A stretch of 61,699 nucleotides of DNA from an uncultured Phaeodactylibacter sp. (GCA_964397205.1 CAYNIT010000001.1:1-61699), one strand, 5' to 3'. Shown: positions 39,867 to 49,726, numbered from the stretch's first letter. Numbers and translations: made by a program. Notes: generated from the letters alone by a model not told the origin.

Positions 39867-40442
39867 ATGCCTGAAAAACTCCGCATCGAACGCTATAACG
39901 AAGACTGGCCCCGCCTCTACAATCAAGAAAGGGAGCGCCTGATGGCCTGCCTAAAGGGCCTAAGCCCGCGGGTGGAGCACATCGGCAGCACAGCGGTGCA
40001 GGGGCTGGGGGGCAAGCCGGTCATTGATTTGCTCGTCGGTTACCCGCCGGAGCAGCCGCTGGAGGCATTGGTGCCGCTGCTACTGGCGGCTGGCTACTGC
40101 CACTACGCTTGTTACGACGGGCGGGCTCAGGGCCGCGCATTCTTCGCTAGGCTACAAGACTGCTCCGGGGCTGTTTTTTCCGATTTGGGCGAGCTGCCCA
40201 ACCCGGAACAGCATCCGGCTACCCACCACCTGCACCTGACAGCTTACGGTTCTGCCGCCTGGGAGCAGTACTTGTACGTGCGCGATTACCTCAGGCAGCA
40301 CCCTATCGCCCGGGATGCCTACCACCGCATGAAGGTGAAACTGGAAAAGGGCGTATGGGAAAGCCACCAAGACTACGCACAGGCGAAACGGGCGTTCATC
40401 AGCCGAATCGAGCGGCTGGCCGAGTTGGGGAAAGGGGGCTGA
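39867..40442 (+). CDS. GrpB family (UPF0157) nucleotidyltransferase-like protein
   Basis: EHIGSTAV.GL.GKPVID, HLH, RDYLR and Y...K motifs. Confidence 0.9.
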   Translation: MPEKLRIERYNEDWPRLYNQERERLMACLKGLSPRVEHIGSTAVQGLGGKPVIDLLVGYPPEQPLEALVPLLLAAGYCHYACYDGRAQGRAFFARLQDCSGAVFSDLGELPNPEQHPATHHLHLTAYGSAAWEQYLYVRDYLRQHPIARDAYHRMKVKLEKGVWESHQDYAQAKRAFISRIERLAELGKGG

Positions 40443-40555
40443 AAATGGAGATGGAGAGGACCTTCTCTCTCTATAAATCGATGGAGGGTAAAGCCATGCC
40501 ATTAGCGCTTATCAGATGAACAACGCTTCTTGTAAGCAGCGCCTTACGCATCAGA

Positions 40556-40795
40556 TTAAGAGATGTTTGCAGCTTGTTCCTGTTGCAAATCAACGCTTTA
40601 CGAACCCTCGCAATGCGGCGGGGCAGGCTTTGGCGTCCGGTTGTTCGGTCATTTAATCCCGACATTTATCGTCGGGATGTAAACACCCGCTAAACTCGAA
40701 TTTAGTGACTTCGCCAGAGCCCTGCCTACCTGACGGGGGGCAGGAAATCATAAATCCTTGATTTTCAATACGAAACCGCTCTAAACAAGCTCTAA
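40556..40795. mobile_element. Non-autonomous MITE/REP-like element, ~240 bp
   Basis: Imperfect 48-bp terminal inverted repeats (32/48 ungapped matches by hand); nested palindromes at 40656-40678 and 40721-40744. Confidence 0.6.
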
Positions 40796-40880
40796 TACAG
40801 CAGGAATGCCCCCAACGAGCAGCTTTTGTCAGGCAAATGTAATTTTTTAGTACATTTATCCCAACCAAAACCAAACACCT

Positions 40881-42242
40881 ATGCAAACCCGCACCTCACT
40901 TCCCTTGCTCGTGGGCCTTATGCTCGGCTCGCTGCTCCCCGTTTCGCTATCCGCCCAGCAGTGGCAACGCGACTCGGTCTACATCCGGGACGGCGTGCCA
41001 GGCACTAAAAATTTCACAGGTAAAGAACGAGTCTATTTTCAGGATTACAACGACGCGGGCAAGCCCCTGCTAATCCTCACCCAACGCCGCAATAGCACGG
41101 GAGAGTGGGAAAACTGGCGCCGACGGGCCTACACCTACACTGACGGTGAACTGACCAATCTGCTCATTCAGTTCTGGCGCCCCGCGGTGCAAAGTTTTGC
41201 CGACCGGGCCGAACGCACCTACGCCTACGATGCCGAAGGCAATATGCTCAGCAAACTGGCCAAAAGGGCTCCCGCCCCGGGCATGCCCCTGGAGAACCAC
41301 AGGCAGTGGGCCTACACCTACGATATTGCCGGCAACCCTACGGCGCGCTTGCTGCAAGTCTGGGACGGCGCGCAGTGGGCAAACGTAAGCCGCTTGACGA
41401 CAAACTATAATGCTGCGGGGCAGCCCACCCAACAACTGCAGGAACGCTGGATAGACGGCAGCTGGGCCAATAACCGCCGCCGCGGCTGGCTGTACGAAGA
41501 TGGCACCGGTCTGGTCACTACCGTACAGGAGCAAACCTTCGATACTGACGAGCAAAGCTGGGTGAACCAAACCCGGATGCTTTACCAGAATAACAGCCTC
41601 GGCTCCTGGACCAACATCGTCAAGCAACACTGGGACGCCGAACAGATGAGCTGGGCCAATGTGGAACGGGAAGAACTGCAGTATAACGCCGGGCTGCAGC
41701 TGGAAAATCGAACCTTGTCCGAATGGCAGGGGAATGCCTGGCAGCCCCTCTATCAGTTGTATTACTCCTTGGCGGGGGGCGTCTTTAGCTTGTTTGGCGA
41801 TATCTGGGATACTAATGAGGGCCAATGGAATCTCTTCGCGCGCCATCAGGCAGCATACGAAGACGGACGCATCATTCAAGACAGAGGTTGGCAATACTGG
41901 AGCGAAGGCCAGGAAAGCTGGATTAATGCTCAGGTCAGCGTGCAGCGGCAACACTATTGGTCGGACGTGATGGTCCATACCGAAGCCATTACCACACTTG
42001 AGTCTTGTCCTGTGCCTAATCCCTATCGTATGGGTACACCGTTTCCATGCGAAGGCTTGCCGGCCAATCAACCCGTTGAACTGCGGCTGACGGACATGGT
42101 GGGGAAAACGGTTTACAGAAAACGCCTCGATACAGCAGCGGCCCTGCAAATGGACGGCACATTACCCGGCGGGCTGTATGTACTCACCATTCAAAGTCAG
42201 ACCCAAAGGCTGCACGTACAAAAACTGATTATTCTTCCCTAA
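40881..42242 (+). CDS. T9SS type-A cargo with Trp-rich beta-strand repeats (DUF3836/YD-like)
   Basis: Signal peptide; about 9 repeats of Y.YD..G......Q.W.....W.N..R; PNP...G.YVL...KLII C-terminal domain. Confidence 0.8.
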   Translation: MQTRTSLPLLVGLMLGSLLPVSLSAQQWQRDSVYIRDGVPGTKNFTGKERVYFQDYNDAGKPLLILTQRRNSTGEWENWRRRAYTYTDGELTNLLIQFWRPAVQSFADRAERTYAYDAEGNMLSKLAKRAPAPGMPLENHRQWAYTYDIAGNPTARLLQVWDGAQWANVSRLTTNYNAAGQPTQQLQERWIDGSWANNRRRGWLYEDGTGLVTTVQEQTFDTDEQSWVNQTRMLYQNNSLGSWTNIVKQHWDAEQMSWANVEREELQYNAGLQLENRTLSEWQGNAWQPLYQLYYSLAGGVFSLFGDIWDTNEGQWNLFARHQAAYEDGRIIQDRGWQYWSEGQESWINAQVSVQRQHYWSDVMVHTEAITTLESCPVPNPYRMGTPFPCEGLPANQPVELRLTDMVGKTVYRKRLDTAAALQMDGTLPGGLYVLTIQSQTQRLHVQKLIILP

Positions 42243-42262
42243 ACCCTGTCAAAAAGAACGAC

Positions 42263-42763
42263 ATGAAACCGATCCTGCTATTTACACTCTTGTTTTGTAC
42301 TACCATCAGTACCGCCGCCGCTCAATCCGGCGACGACGGCCAGGCAGCTTTTCCAAACATGCGCCGGACATGGCCGGTAGATTCCTGTCTGTACTTTGCC
42401 GACCCTTTCCAGTTTCGTATACAGTCGGTCAATATCCTGTCGGGCAGCAATAGCCAGGAAAACATTACACTCTTCCGATCGGTCAACAACCCTGATCAGA
42501 TGACCATGGGCAAGGGGCGTTTTCTCACCCTGCTGGACTCCCTCGCGGCAGCCGGCATTACGCTGGAGGCCGGCTCGCAGGGCAATATGCTGCTGACCCT
42601 GGACGAGAGCACCGATAATGCGGAAAACTGGCCCGGCGGCCAACCGCCATTCCCGCTTGTACTCTATGGCTTCCTGCAAAAGGTGGGCAATACGGTTATC
42701 GATCCGCCCATGCCCATCACTATGCAGGTGCAGCGGCTGCAGGTGGAGGATACGTCACAGTAG
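42263..42763 (+). CDS. Secreted hypothetical protein
   Basis: Signal peptide ending AAAQ; 20 nt after the preceding gene. Confidence 0.65.
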   Translation: MKPILLFTLLFCTTISTAAAQSGDDGQAAFPNMRRTWPVDSCLYFADPFQFRIQSVNILSGSNSQENITLFRSVNNPDQMTMGKGRFLTLLDSLAAAGITLEAGSQGNMLLTLDESTDNAENWPGGQPPFPLVLYGFLQKVGNTVIDPPMPITMQVQRLQVEDTSQ

Positions 42764-42859
42764 GCTATGAGGGCGGCCTGCTTTTGCTCCATTCTAAATA
42801 AAAAGTAGGTCTCTACTGAAGGCAAACGCCTCGCTGATTCGTCTTTTGATCAAAACATC

Positions 42860-43975
42860 ATGCGACACCCCCTCTTTTTATTGGTTGCCAGCCTGCTGAT
42901 CGGCTTTTGGGCCTGTGAAGAAGACTCTGCTCCTACTCCACCAAGCACAACGGCCGCCGAGCTACCTTTGCTCAGCGCCGGTCAGCACATCGGCATGATT
43001 ACCGGTTTCAACCCAAGTCAGCCGGCAGCGACGGAAGATTCAATAGCAGCCCGTTGGCAAGAGGCGCTTGATGCTGGTATGTCCGTAGGCAGACTACAAA
43101 TCGACTGGCCGGAGCTGGAGCCCGCACCGGAGCAATACGATGAAGCGGCGCTACGCGGCCGGCTGGAAACACTATCCGAACAAGGGCTTCAGCCTTTTCT
43201 CACCCTGCCCGCCTACGATAGCGACGGTCCCGTACTCCCCGCCGACTTACAAGGAATGGCAATAGACGACCCGGCACTGATTACTCGTTTCCAGCAGTTG
43301 ATGGACTGGGTGATCCCACTGTTGGAAGAAAAAGGGGGCTGGGGCATTACCATTGCTAACGAGCCCGATAACTTTTTTGCCGAAAGGCCAGAACTAGCGG
43401 CACAGATTCGCACCTTTTTGGTCGAAAGCCGCACGCACATCCACGAACTGTCGCCCAGTATGGCCGTAACCGTCACGCTCAATATCGGCAATATGACCGC
43501 GAGCCGGGCGGAGATGGAACTCCTGCGCCCGGAAATGGATATTGCGTGCTTCAACCTCTATGGATCAGGCTTATTCCCCATCGACCAACCCTACACAGAG
43601 GTAGAGATTGAAGCTGAAATCGACGCTGCCCTGGACTTTGCCCAGGAAAAAGCTGTCGTCTTTCAGGAACTCGGCATGCACAGCAATACCGATTTGCTCA
43701 ACAGCTCGGAAGCCATTCAAGCGGCTTTTTTTGATACCTTTTTCAGCCGGATGCAGACCGAACCGCAGATGCGGGCGGCTTTTGTGTTTCAGCTTGTCGA
43801 CTGGTCGCCCGAGGCCATAGCCGTACTGAATACGACCTACGAAGAAGGCGTCCCTGAAGAGTTCATCGAGCAGTACAGTGCGGTGCTCGCTTCCATTGGT
43901 TTGATACAGTATGAGGATGGAAGGCAGAAGGCAGCCTGGGGGCGTTTGCTCCACTGGGTGGAGGTTTTACAGTAA
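42860..43975 (+). CDS. Lipoprotein, clan GH-A-like glycoside hydrolase (TIM barrel)
   Basis: Lipobox FWAC followed by acidic EED; IANEP (acid/base) and FQELG (nucleophile) motifs. Confidence 0.7.
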   Translation: MRHPLFLLVASLLIGFWACEEDSAPTPPSTTAAELPLLSAGQHIGMITGFNPSQPAATEDSIAARWQEALDAGMSVGRLQIDWPELEPAPEQYDEAALRGRLETLSEQGLQPFLTLPAYDSDGPVLPADLQGMAIDDPALITRFQQLMDWVIPLLEEKGGWGITIANEPDNFFAERPELAAQIRTFLVESRTHIHELSPSMAVTVTLNIGNMTASRAEMELLRPEMDIACFNLYGSGLFPIDQPYTEVEIEAEIDAALDFAQEKAVVFQELGMHSNTDLLNSSEAIQAAFFDTFFSRMQTEPQMRAAFVFQLVDWSPEAIAVLNTTYEEGVPEEFIEQYSAVLASIGLIQYEDGRQKAAWGRLLHWVEVLQ

Positions 43976-43991
43976 CGGCAACAATTTGGAG

Positions 43992-44023
43992 AAAAAGCCG
44001 GGCAGCGGTAATCGCTGCCCGGC
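43992..44023 (-). terminator. Intrinsic terminator between convergent genes
   Basis: GCCGGGCAGCG-GTAAT-CGCTGCCCGGC preceded by AAAAA (U-tract on the minus strand). Confidence 0.8.
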
Positions 44024-44029
44024 AAGGAG

Positions 44030-46099
44030 CTAAGGTACCACCATCAGAGGTGCAGCCAGGTTCCCCCCTGCCTCCGCTTGCCACCTTAACCAATAGATTC
44101 CGGGCTTCAAGCCCTGTGGTTCAAACGGAAGGGTGGTTAATGCATCTGCATACATGCTTCGTTGCCAAACGACCTGGCCGTTCGAGCTGTACAGGGACAG
44201 CATCCCCGCTCCGGAGGCCTGCGGGATTATTTCCACCTGACATGCTTCAGCGCAGGGGTTGGGGTAAACCCGTATACCGGATGCAGTCGGGGTTGCGGCT
44301 CCGCTCTCGTTCTTCGCCATGGATTGATAGTAGCGGATACCCTGCAAGAAGTTGAGCTCTATCATCCGGGGCCGGCAGTTTTTATCGAAACCCAGGTCCA
44401 CTTCTACGTACAGCCTTGTTCTGTTTGCCGCATTACTATTTGGTGTAAAGGTATTGCTGCCCGCGTTGTAGGTGCCGGCAGGGTAGTTGCCCTGCTCATC
44501 GATCCACCAACCGTTGATGGCTACGTTAGAGAGGCTGCCCAGCCCAAGTGCGTTGTTCACGGCTTGCCCAACGTAGGCCGGGTCAGCGATGGGCGCTGCT
44601 ATGACCCCGTTGTTGGTCAGCTGTACACCGTCAAACGCGGCGTGTATGTCTTCAATTACACCGTTATTCGTGATATTGCCGCCACTTTGGTTGAAGTGCT
44701 GCCCCTGATAGGAGGTGAAGAGGAAGGCGTCATTGAGAAAATCTGCCCCGCTACGGTTGGCGATCTGTTCAGGGCAGTGCGCCTCGCCGCAGCGGCGGTT
44801 GTGGAAATCGTTTCGGTTGTATATGCTGCGCAGCCCATCTGCAGCGCACTTCAGAACAGCATCGCTGTTGTCAAAGCTGGCGTTCTGATAGTTGTCCAGG
44901 CTGGTGCCTGTAATCGCCTGCATTTGCAGATTACCGCCGTTCCAGTTGCGGAAGATGCTACTCCCCTCATTGATGATACCGTCTCCGTTAATATCCGTAA
45001 GGAATAAATCGCCTTTGTTCAGGATGATGCCATCCAGGTTTCGAATGCCTACCGCTCCAGTCTCAGCAATACTCAGTGTGCCGTGAGCGAGGTTGCGGAA
45101 GGTAGCCTCGTTATGCAGCCCCGAGATAGCGTTTGGTGCTGTACGGATGACGATTTCTCCCTGATTCTTGAACAGGGCGCTCAGCGTGTTTTGGAGGCCC
45201 TCCTCTTGAAAGCTCTCAACTTCTATCTTTCCGGTCTGGAAATTGGTGAATATACCGTAGTTGCGGATACCCAAGTTTTCGGAATCGTGTACCTTCAAGC
45301 TGCCATAATTGAGAAAGCTGCAGGGAATATCATTGATCATGCCAGCTCCCCTGAACAAGAGCTCGCCCTGCTGATAGTTGGTAAGCTCCCCTCCCTGCAT
45401 ATTTATAAGGGTATAAGTAGAGTCACAGTTAATGGTGATCACGCCATGATTGTCTATTTCGCCCGAATTTTTCAAGCCGTTTTCAAAAATTGCATCCATA
45501 ACAATCTGGCCAGAATTATAGAGGGTACCTTCCATTCTCCACCCATGATGATCAAATTGGAACAGATCCATTTTCCCTTTATTCACAACCATTCCTTCTG
45601 TCAGCAGCCCATTGAAGCCTGCAACCTGTCGGATCAGGAATGTTCCATTGTTGATAAGGGCCGATGCGCTGCTGCAAAAGATTGCACTGGAAGGCGCTGA
45701 GCTTAACATCACTATGCCTTCGTTCATCAAGTCACCGTTATTTTCAATCAGGTAGGTGGCAGTTACCCCCGTGCTGCCTTTTACTTCCAAGTAGCCGTAG
45801 TTGAACAGGTTGCCGTCTATATCTACGAAGTCGCCTCCTTTGGGGTAGATATAGAGGTTGCCTGGCTTCATGATTTCCAAAGTCGCCGCTGATTCAATGT
45901 GAATACGATTGAGGCTTTTAGAAGAATACAGATGGACGTTGCCACTGCTGATCACCACTTCATCGCCTCCACCGGGTATTCCATACGGGCTCCAGTTAGC
46001 AGGGTCTTCCCAGTCGCTGATGCCGCCTATCCAGTTGTAAGTGGTAGCCGGCAGGTTAAATACAATAGATAGCAGGAGCAGGGAAAGTACATTTCTCAT
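44030..46099 (-). CDS. T9SS type-A cargo with Asn/Gly-rich beta-helix-like repeats
   Basis: W.G..SDW..PANW..G.P N-terminus; repeated (F/L).N.G.I units; VYPNP...PGIY C-terminal domain. Confidence 0.82.
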   Translation of the reverse strand: MRNVLSLLLLSIVFNLPATTYNWIGGISDWEDPANWSPYGIPGGGDEVVISSGNVHLYSSKSLNRIHIESAATLEIMKPGNLYIYPKGGDFVDIDGNLFNYGYLEVKGSTGVTATYLIENNGDLMNEGIVMLSSAPSSAIFCSSASALINNGTFLIRQVAGFNGLLTEGMVVNKGKMDLFQFDHHGWRMEGTLYNSGQIVMDAIFENGLKNSGEIDNHGVITINCDSTYTLINMQGGELTNYQQGELLFRGAGMINDIPCSFLNYGSLKVHDSENLGIRNYGIFTNFQTGKIEVESFQEEGLQNTLSALFKNQGEIVIRTAPNAISGLHNEATFRNLAHGTLSIAETGAVGIRNLDGIILNKGDLFLTDINGDGIINEGSSIFRNWNGGNLQMQAITGTSLDNYQNASFDNSDAVLKCAADGLRSIYNRNDFHNRRCGEAHCPEQIANRSGADFLNDAFLFTSYQGQHFNQSGGNITNNGVIEDIHAAFDGVQLTNNGVIAAPIADPAYVGQAVNNALGLGSLSNVAINGWWIDEQGNYPAGTYNAGSNTFTPNSNAANRTRLYVEVDLGFDKNCRPRMIELNFLQGIRYYQSMAKNESGAATPTASGIRVYPNPCAEACQVEIIPQASGAGMLSLYSSNGQVVWQRSMYADALTTLPFEPQGLKPGIYWLRWQAEAGGNLAAPLMVVP

Positions 46100-46284
46100 G
46101 GTTATGTTATTTTTTAGGAGTACAGGGCCAATGTGCCCCATTCGGGATTTGTATCGCTTGGTAAAAGTAGAAGAGATAATGCGGTCGGGCGTACTGGAAA
46201 ACGGTGTCGCGCGAACTACTGGAATTCCGGTAAAAAAGGGGGAACACAGGCTGCGAAATTACTACAGGAAAAGTATTGAAATGG

Positions 46285-46629
46285 TCAGCTTTTCACCGGA
46301 GAGCGAGCCAATCCATAGAGCAGTGCACCGGCTGCGTAAGCTGGCACATCCCATACATCAGAGGTAAAAGAACTGCTCCAGGCCGGAAATGCCCACTCGA
46401 ACAATAGTGCAAAAAACAGGGTAGCCACTGCTATTTCCCAGAGCTGCAGCGCCTGCCAGCGGTAGCGCCATTTGCGTTCCCAATCGAGTAGCCCGAGCAG
46501 TATAGGCATGGATAAAAAAGGGTCAAGGTAAGCGTGCAGGAAGGGGATGTTCCAGCCGCAGCCTTTCTGCAGCAGCTGATGCAAGGCAAAAAGCATCAGG
46601 CTGCCCCAAAACAATTGCCGCTTGTTCAT
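46285..46629 (-). CDS. Small membrane protein (VanZ-like)
   Basis: YLDPFL.MP...FE..FP...FTSD.WD..AY..GA pattern, hydrophobic. Confidence 0.65.
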   Translation of the reverse strand: MNKRQLFWGSLMLFALHQLLQKGCGWNIPFLHAYLDPFLSMPILLGLLDWERKWRYRWQALQLWEIAVATLFFALLFEWAFPAWSSSFTSDVWDVPAYAAGALLYGLARSPVKS

Positions 46630-46853
46630 AGGGCAGCGATGAGGGCGAAAATCAAACCGATCAATAAAAAGGGCGAGAGCAGGATGACAACGATGATCAG
46701 GAGAATGCGCAGCAGCACCTTGCCGATCAGCAAGAGAAGGCTGTCCTCTTTGCCAAGCCTCAGTTTTTCATCAATGGACTGATAGCCTTCTCGCATCTGG
46801 CCGAGCGACTTGTCCATAACTTTCTTTTTTTCCGGGCTAGGCTCCTTTTCCAT
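46626..46853 (-). CDS. Small membrane hypothetical protein
   Basis: Charged N-terminus plus hydrophobic C-terminus; 4-nt overlap with the next gene. Confidence 0.6.
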   Translation of the reverse strand: MEKEPSPEKKKVMDKSLGQMREGYQSIDEKLRLGKEDSLLLLIGKVLLRILLIIVVILLSPFLLIGLIFALIAAL

Positions 46854-46935
46854 ACTATTTGGTATACAACGAATGAGTTAGTAAAGATTAGGACAAGTTG
46901 CCCGCGCCTTCGTTCGCAGGAAAGCGGTTTTTGCA

Positions 46936-48768
46936 TCAAAGCCCTTCCGCTATTGTCACAAGCTCGAGCAGTTTCGCCCGGTAGTCAAACGCATCTTCCC
47001 CTAACGCTCCAGCAGCCAGCTCCTTAATCCCAGGCCAGTCCAGCGCTTTATTGCTGCTGGAGCCTCGGAGTTTCATACCGAAGGCAGCAACGGCAGCAGA
47101 AAAACGGAAGGCATCGGTAGTGGCCGACAGCGCAGTTACTTCCTTCGGCAGCGGGAAGGAGCGCAAATGGCTGGCTCCGCCCTCGGGCGCTTTGTACCGC
47201 AGTTGCAAAAATGCCAGCTCCCGCGCTTGTCGGCCCCGGCGGCTCAGCCCGGTCTTTTGGTAGCGTAGCCCGGCGCTGGCTTCCGCTGCTGGCTGCAGGT
47301 CGATTTCGTACAGAGCAGTGACCGAGTGCCCCGCTCCCAGCTCACCAGCATCTTTGGAATCATTCGCGAAGTCTTCGTTGTCGAGCAGGCGGTTTTCATA
47401 GCCCACCAGCCGGTAGGAGTGCACTACCCCAGGATTGAATTCTAACTGCAGCTTTACATCTTTAGCGATGGCGAAGAGGGTGCCCGGCAGCTCCTCCACA
47501 AATACTTTTTTAGCTTCCGCCAAATTATCGATGTACGCATAATTGCCGTTGCCACGGTCGGCCAGCAGCTCCATCTTATTGTCTTTGTAATTGCCCTGCC
47601 CGAAGCCGAGTACCGAGAGAAAAACACCGGATGCCCGCTCCTCTTCGATCAGCTCCGTCAAGCCGGCATCGCTGGAAACGCCTATGTTGAAGTCCCCATC
47701 GGTAGCCAGGATCACCCGATTGTTGCCTTCCGGCAAAAAGTGCTCTCGTGCTACCTGATACGCCAGCTGTATGCCCGCCCCGCCAGCCGTGGAGCCGCCT
47801 GCCTCCAAGCGGCCTATAGCATCTAGTATGTCCTGCTTTCGGCTGCCGGGAGTAGACGGCAGCACAAGCCCAGCTGCCCCGGCATACACCACAATTGCTA
47901 TCTGGTCCTTCGGCCTCAGCTCTTCTACCAGCAGGCGCATCGCTTTTTTAACAAGGCCCAGCTTTTTGCGGGTCACCATTGAGCCTGAGACATCAAGCAG
48001 GAATACCAAATTGCTCGGTGGCAGCTGGTTCGATTGCATCCGCCTACCCTGCAGGCCAATGTGCAGGAGGTGGCGGTCGTTGTTCCAGGGGCAAATGGAC
48101 AGTTCCGTATGCAGGGCAAACGGCCTGTCCTCCGTCTGCGGGCCTTCGTAGCCATAGTCAAAGTAGTTGATCATCTCCTCAATGCGCACGGCATCCTTGG
48201 GCGGGCGCTGCCCATGCCGCAAAAAGCGGCGCACATTGCTGTAGGAAGCCCGGTCTACATCGATGGAAAAGGTCGAAATCGGGCTCTCCCAGCTGCGTTG
48301 CTCCGTATTTTCCGCTATCGGGGCATAATCCTCCGTATTATAATGAGAAGGCGGCTGGCTTTCGGGCTGATCAGAAAAGAAGCGGCCGGTGGCCGGAAAC
48401 GGCTGTTGGGAGACCACCTGATGGGACTCTTCATAGGTTTCCGGGTCAATATTCAGAATGGTATCCAAATAGCCGGTATAGGGCATTTCGATCAGCATAG
48501 TGTCCGGCGCTACTGCTACTCGCTGTGTAGCGTGAAAGGGGTAGCGGACCAGCAGGCTGTCGGTGCCAGGAGGGAGCGGCAGCTCGAAAAAACCGCTACT
48601 ATCCGTTATTGTTCCGTTGTCTGAATGAGCTGCGTAAACGTGGGCAGCAAAAAGGCCGCGCCGCTGCGCTGCGTCAATTACATAACCCTTTGCGGTGCTC
48701 TGCCCGTAAATGGGAGTATGGAATAGCGCAATGCAAAAAAAGACAAGCCCAAAGGCGGTACGTGGCAT
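46936..48768 (-). CDS. YfbK-like vWA domain protein (CarboxypepD-like N-terminus, vWF_A, VWA, DUF3520)
   Basis: STFSIDVDRASYSNVRR, VRIEEMINYF, DVSGSM, ATDGDFN and GHSVTALYE motifs. Confidence 0.9.
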   Translation of the reverse strand: MPRTAFGLVFFCIALFHTPIYGQSTAKGYVIDAAQRRGLFAAHVYAAHSDNGTITDSSGFFELPLPPGTDSLLVRYPFHATQRVAVAPDTMLIEMPYTGYLDTILNIDPETYEESHQVVSQQPFPATGRFFSDQPESQPPSHYNTEDYAPIAENTEQRSWESPISTFSIDVDRASYSNVRRFLRHGQRPPKDAVRIEEMINYFDYGYEGPQTEDRPFALHTELSICPWNNDRHLLHIGLQGRRMQSNQLPPSNLVFLLDVSGSMVTRKKLGLVKKAMRLLVEELRPKDQIAIVVYAGAAGLVLPSTPGSRKQDILDAIGRLEAGGSTAGGAGIQLAYQVAREHFLPEGNNRVILATDGDFNIGVSSDAGLTELIEEERASGVFLSVLGFGQGNYKDNKMELLADRGNGNYAYIDNLAEAKKVFVEELPGTLFAIAKDVKLQLEFNPGVVHSYRLVGYENRLLDNEDFANDSKDAGELGAGHSVTALYEIDLQPAAEASAGLRYQKTGLSRRGRQARELAFLQLRYKAPEGGASHLRSFPLPKEVTALSATTDAFRFSAAVAAFGMKLRGSSSNKALDWPGIKELAAGALGEDAFDYRAKLLELVTIAEGL

Positions 48769-48917
48769 GCTGGAAAAATTTTGAAGTTACGGGAATGTAG
48801 TTCGTATCGGCATAATGCAAAAACCGGCTTTTGGTACAGCGATACAGCTATTTATTACTATCCTTTACCAATGGCTGCGATTTTGGCTTTTATATTCCTT
48901 TGGTGTACCCGCTGCGT

Positions 48918-48956
48918 TTGACAAGACTCATCCCGGCAGGGTGACAAAAGTCACCC
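48918..48956 (+). promoter_or_regulatory. Tandem Crp/Fnr-type boxes upstream of sdhC
   Basis: Perfect palindrome GGGTGAC-AAAA-GTCACCC (48939-48956) and imperfect TTGACAAGACTCA 23 bp upstream; -7-like TAGTTTTA at 48977-48984. Confidence 0.65.
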
Positions 48957-49033
48957 CCCTTGTCGGTTCCGGCCTATAGTTTTATCGCCGTTGGCGAAAG
49001 CCATTACCTAGTTCGCAAAACATCAGCTAAAAA

Positions 49034-49726
49034 ATGAGTACAAGCCCATTTTTGAGCAACAGCATTGTCCGGAAAAACCTGATGGCCTTAACTGGCTTGT
49101 TCCTATGCGTTTTTCTGGTTGTCCACCTCGCAGGCAACCTGCAGCTCCTTTTGCCCGCCGAACAGGCACAAGAGCAGTACAACCACTACTCCGAGCTGCT
49201 GTCTCACAATATCCTCATCAAAGGGATTGCTTATCTGCTTTACGCAAGTATCCTGGCGCACGCCATCTATGCGCTGATCATCACGATTCAGGCGCGCCGT
49301 GCGCAGGGGCAGACGCGCTACGCCTATGACAAGCGGCATCAGGTCTCGCCCTGGTACAAGCGTAATATGGGCGTACTAGGTGCTTTGCTGCTCGTCTTTA
49401 TCATTATCCACATGCGTGACTTCTGGTTCCAGTACAAATTCACGGAGATGCCGGTGGATGCGCAGGGGCGGAAGGACCTCTACACCATCGTAGCAGCCGC
49501 TTATCAGCAGTGGTGGTACGTTGCGCTGTACGTTTTTTCCATGCTCGTATTAGGGTTCCATCTGCTGCATGGCTTTCACAGCGCCTTCCAGAGCCTGGGG
49601 CTGTACCACAGCAAGTACAACCGCTGGGTCAAATGGGCTGGCCGCGGCTACACGCTGATCATCACCGCGGGCTTTGCAGTGATTCCGATTTATATGTACT
49701 TCACCCAAAACCCTGCGCTGCCATGA
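49034..49726 (+). CDS. sdhC: Succinate dehydrogenase/fumarate reductase cytochrome b558 subunit (di-heme type)
   Basis: [16 protein letters not shown]; four TM histidines; HGF.SAFQSLG motif. Confidence 0.92.
   Translation: MSTSPFLSNSIVRKNLMALTGLFLCVFLVVHLAGNLQLLLPAEQAQEQYNHYSELLSHNILIKGIAYLLYASILAHAIYALIITIQARRAQGQTRYAYDKRHQVSPWYKRNMGVLGALLLVFIIIHMRDFWFQYKFTEMPVDAQGRKDLYTIVAAAYQQWWYVALYVFSMLVLGFHLLHGFHSAFQSLGLYHSKYNRWVKWAGRGYTLIITAGFAVIPIYMYFTQNPALP

Noticed and set aside
41070-42149. 359-aa antisense ORF
   Set aside because: Fully overlaps the T9SS cargo gene, which has a signal peptide, repeats and a CTD; codon-bias shadow
49510-49722. 71-aa N-terminal extension of SdhA
   Set aside because: Overlaps sdhC; the ATG at 49723 gives the typical start and an ATGA coupling
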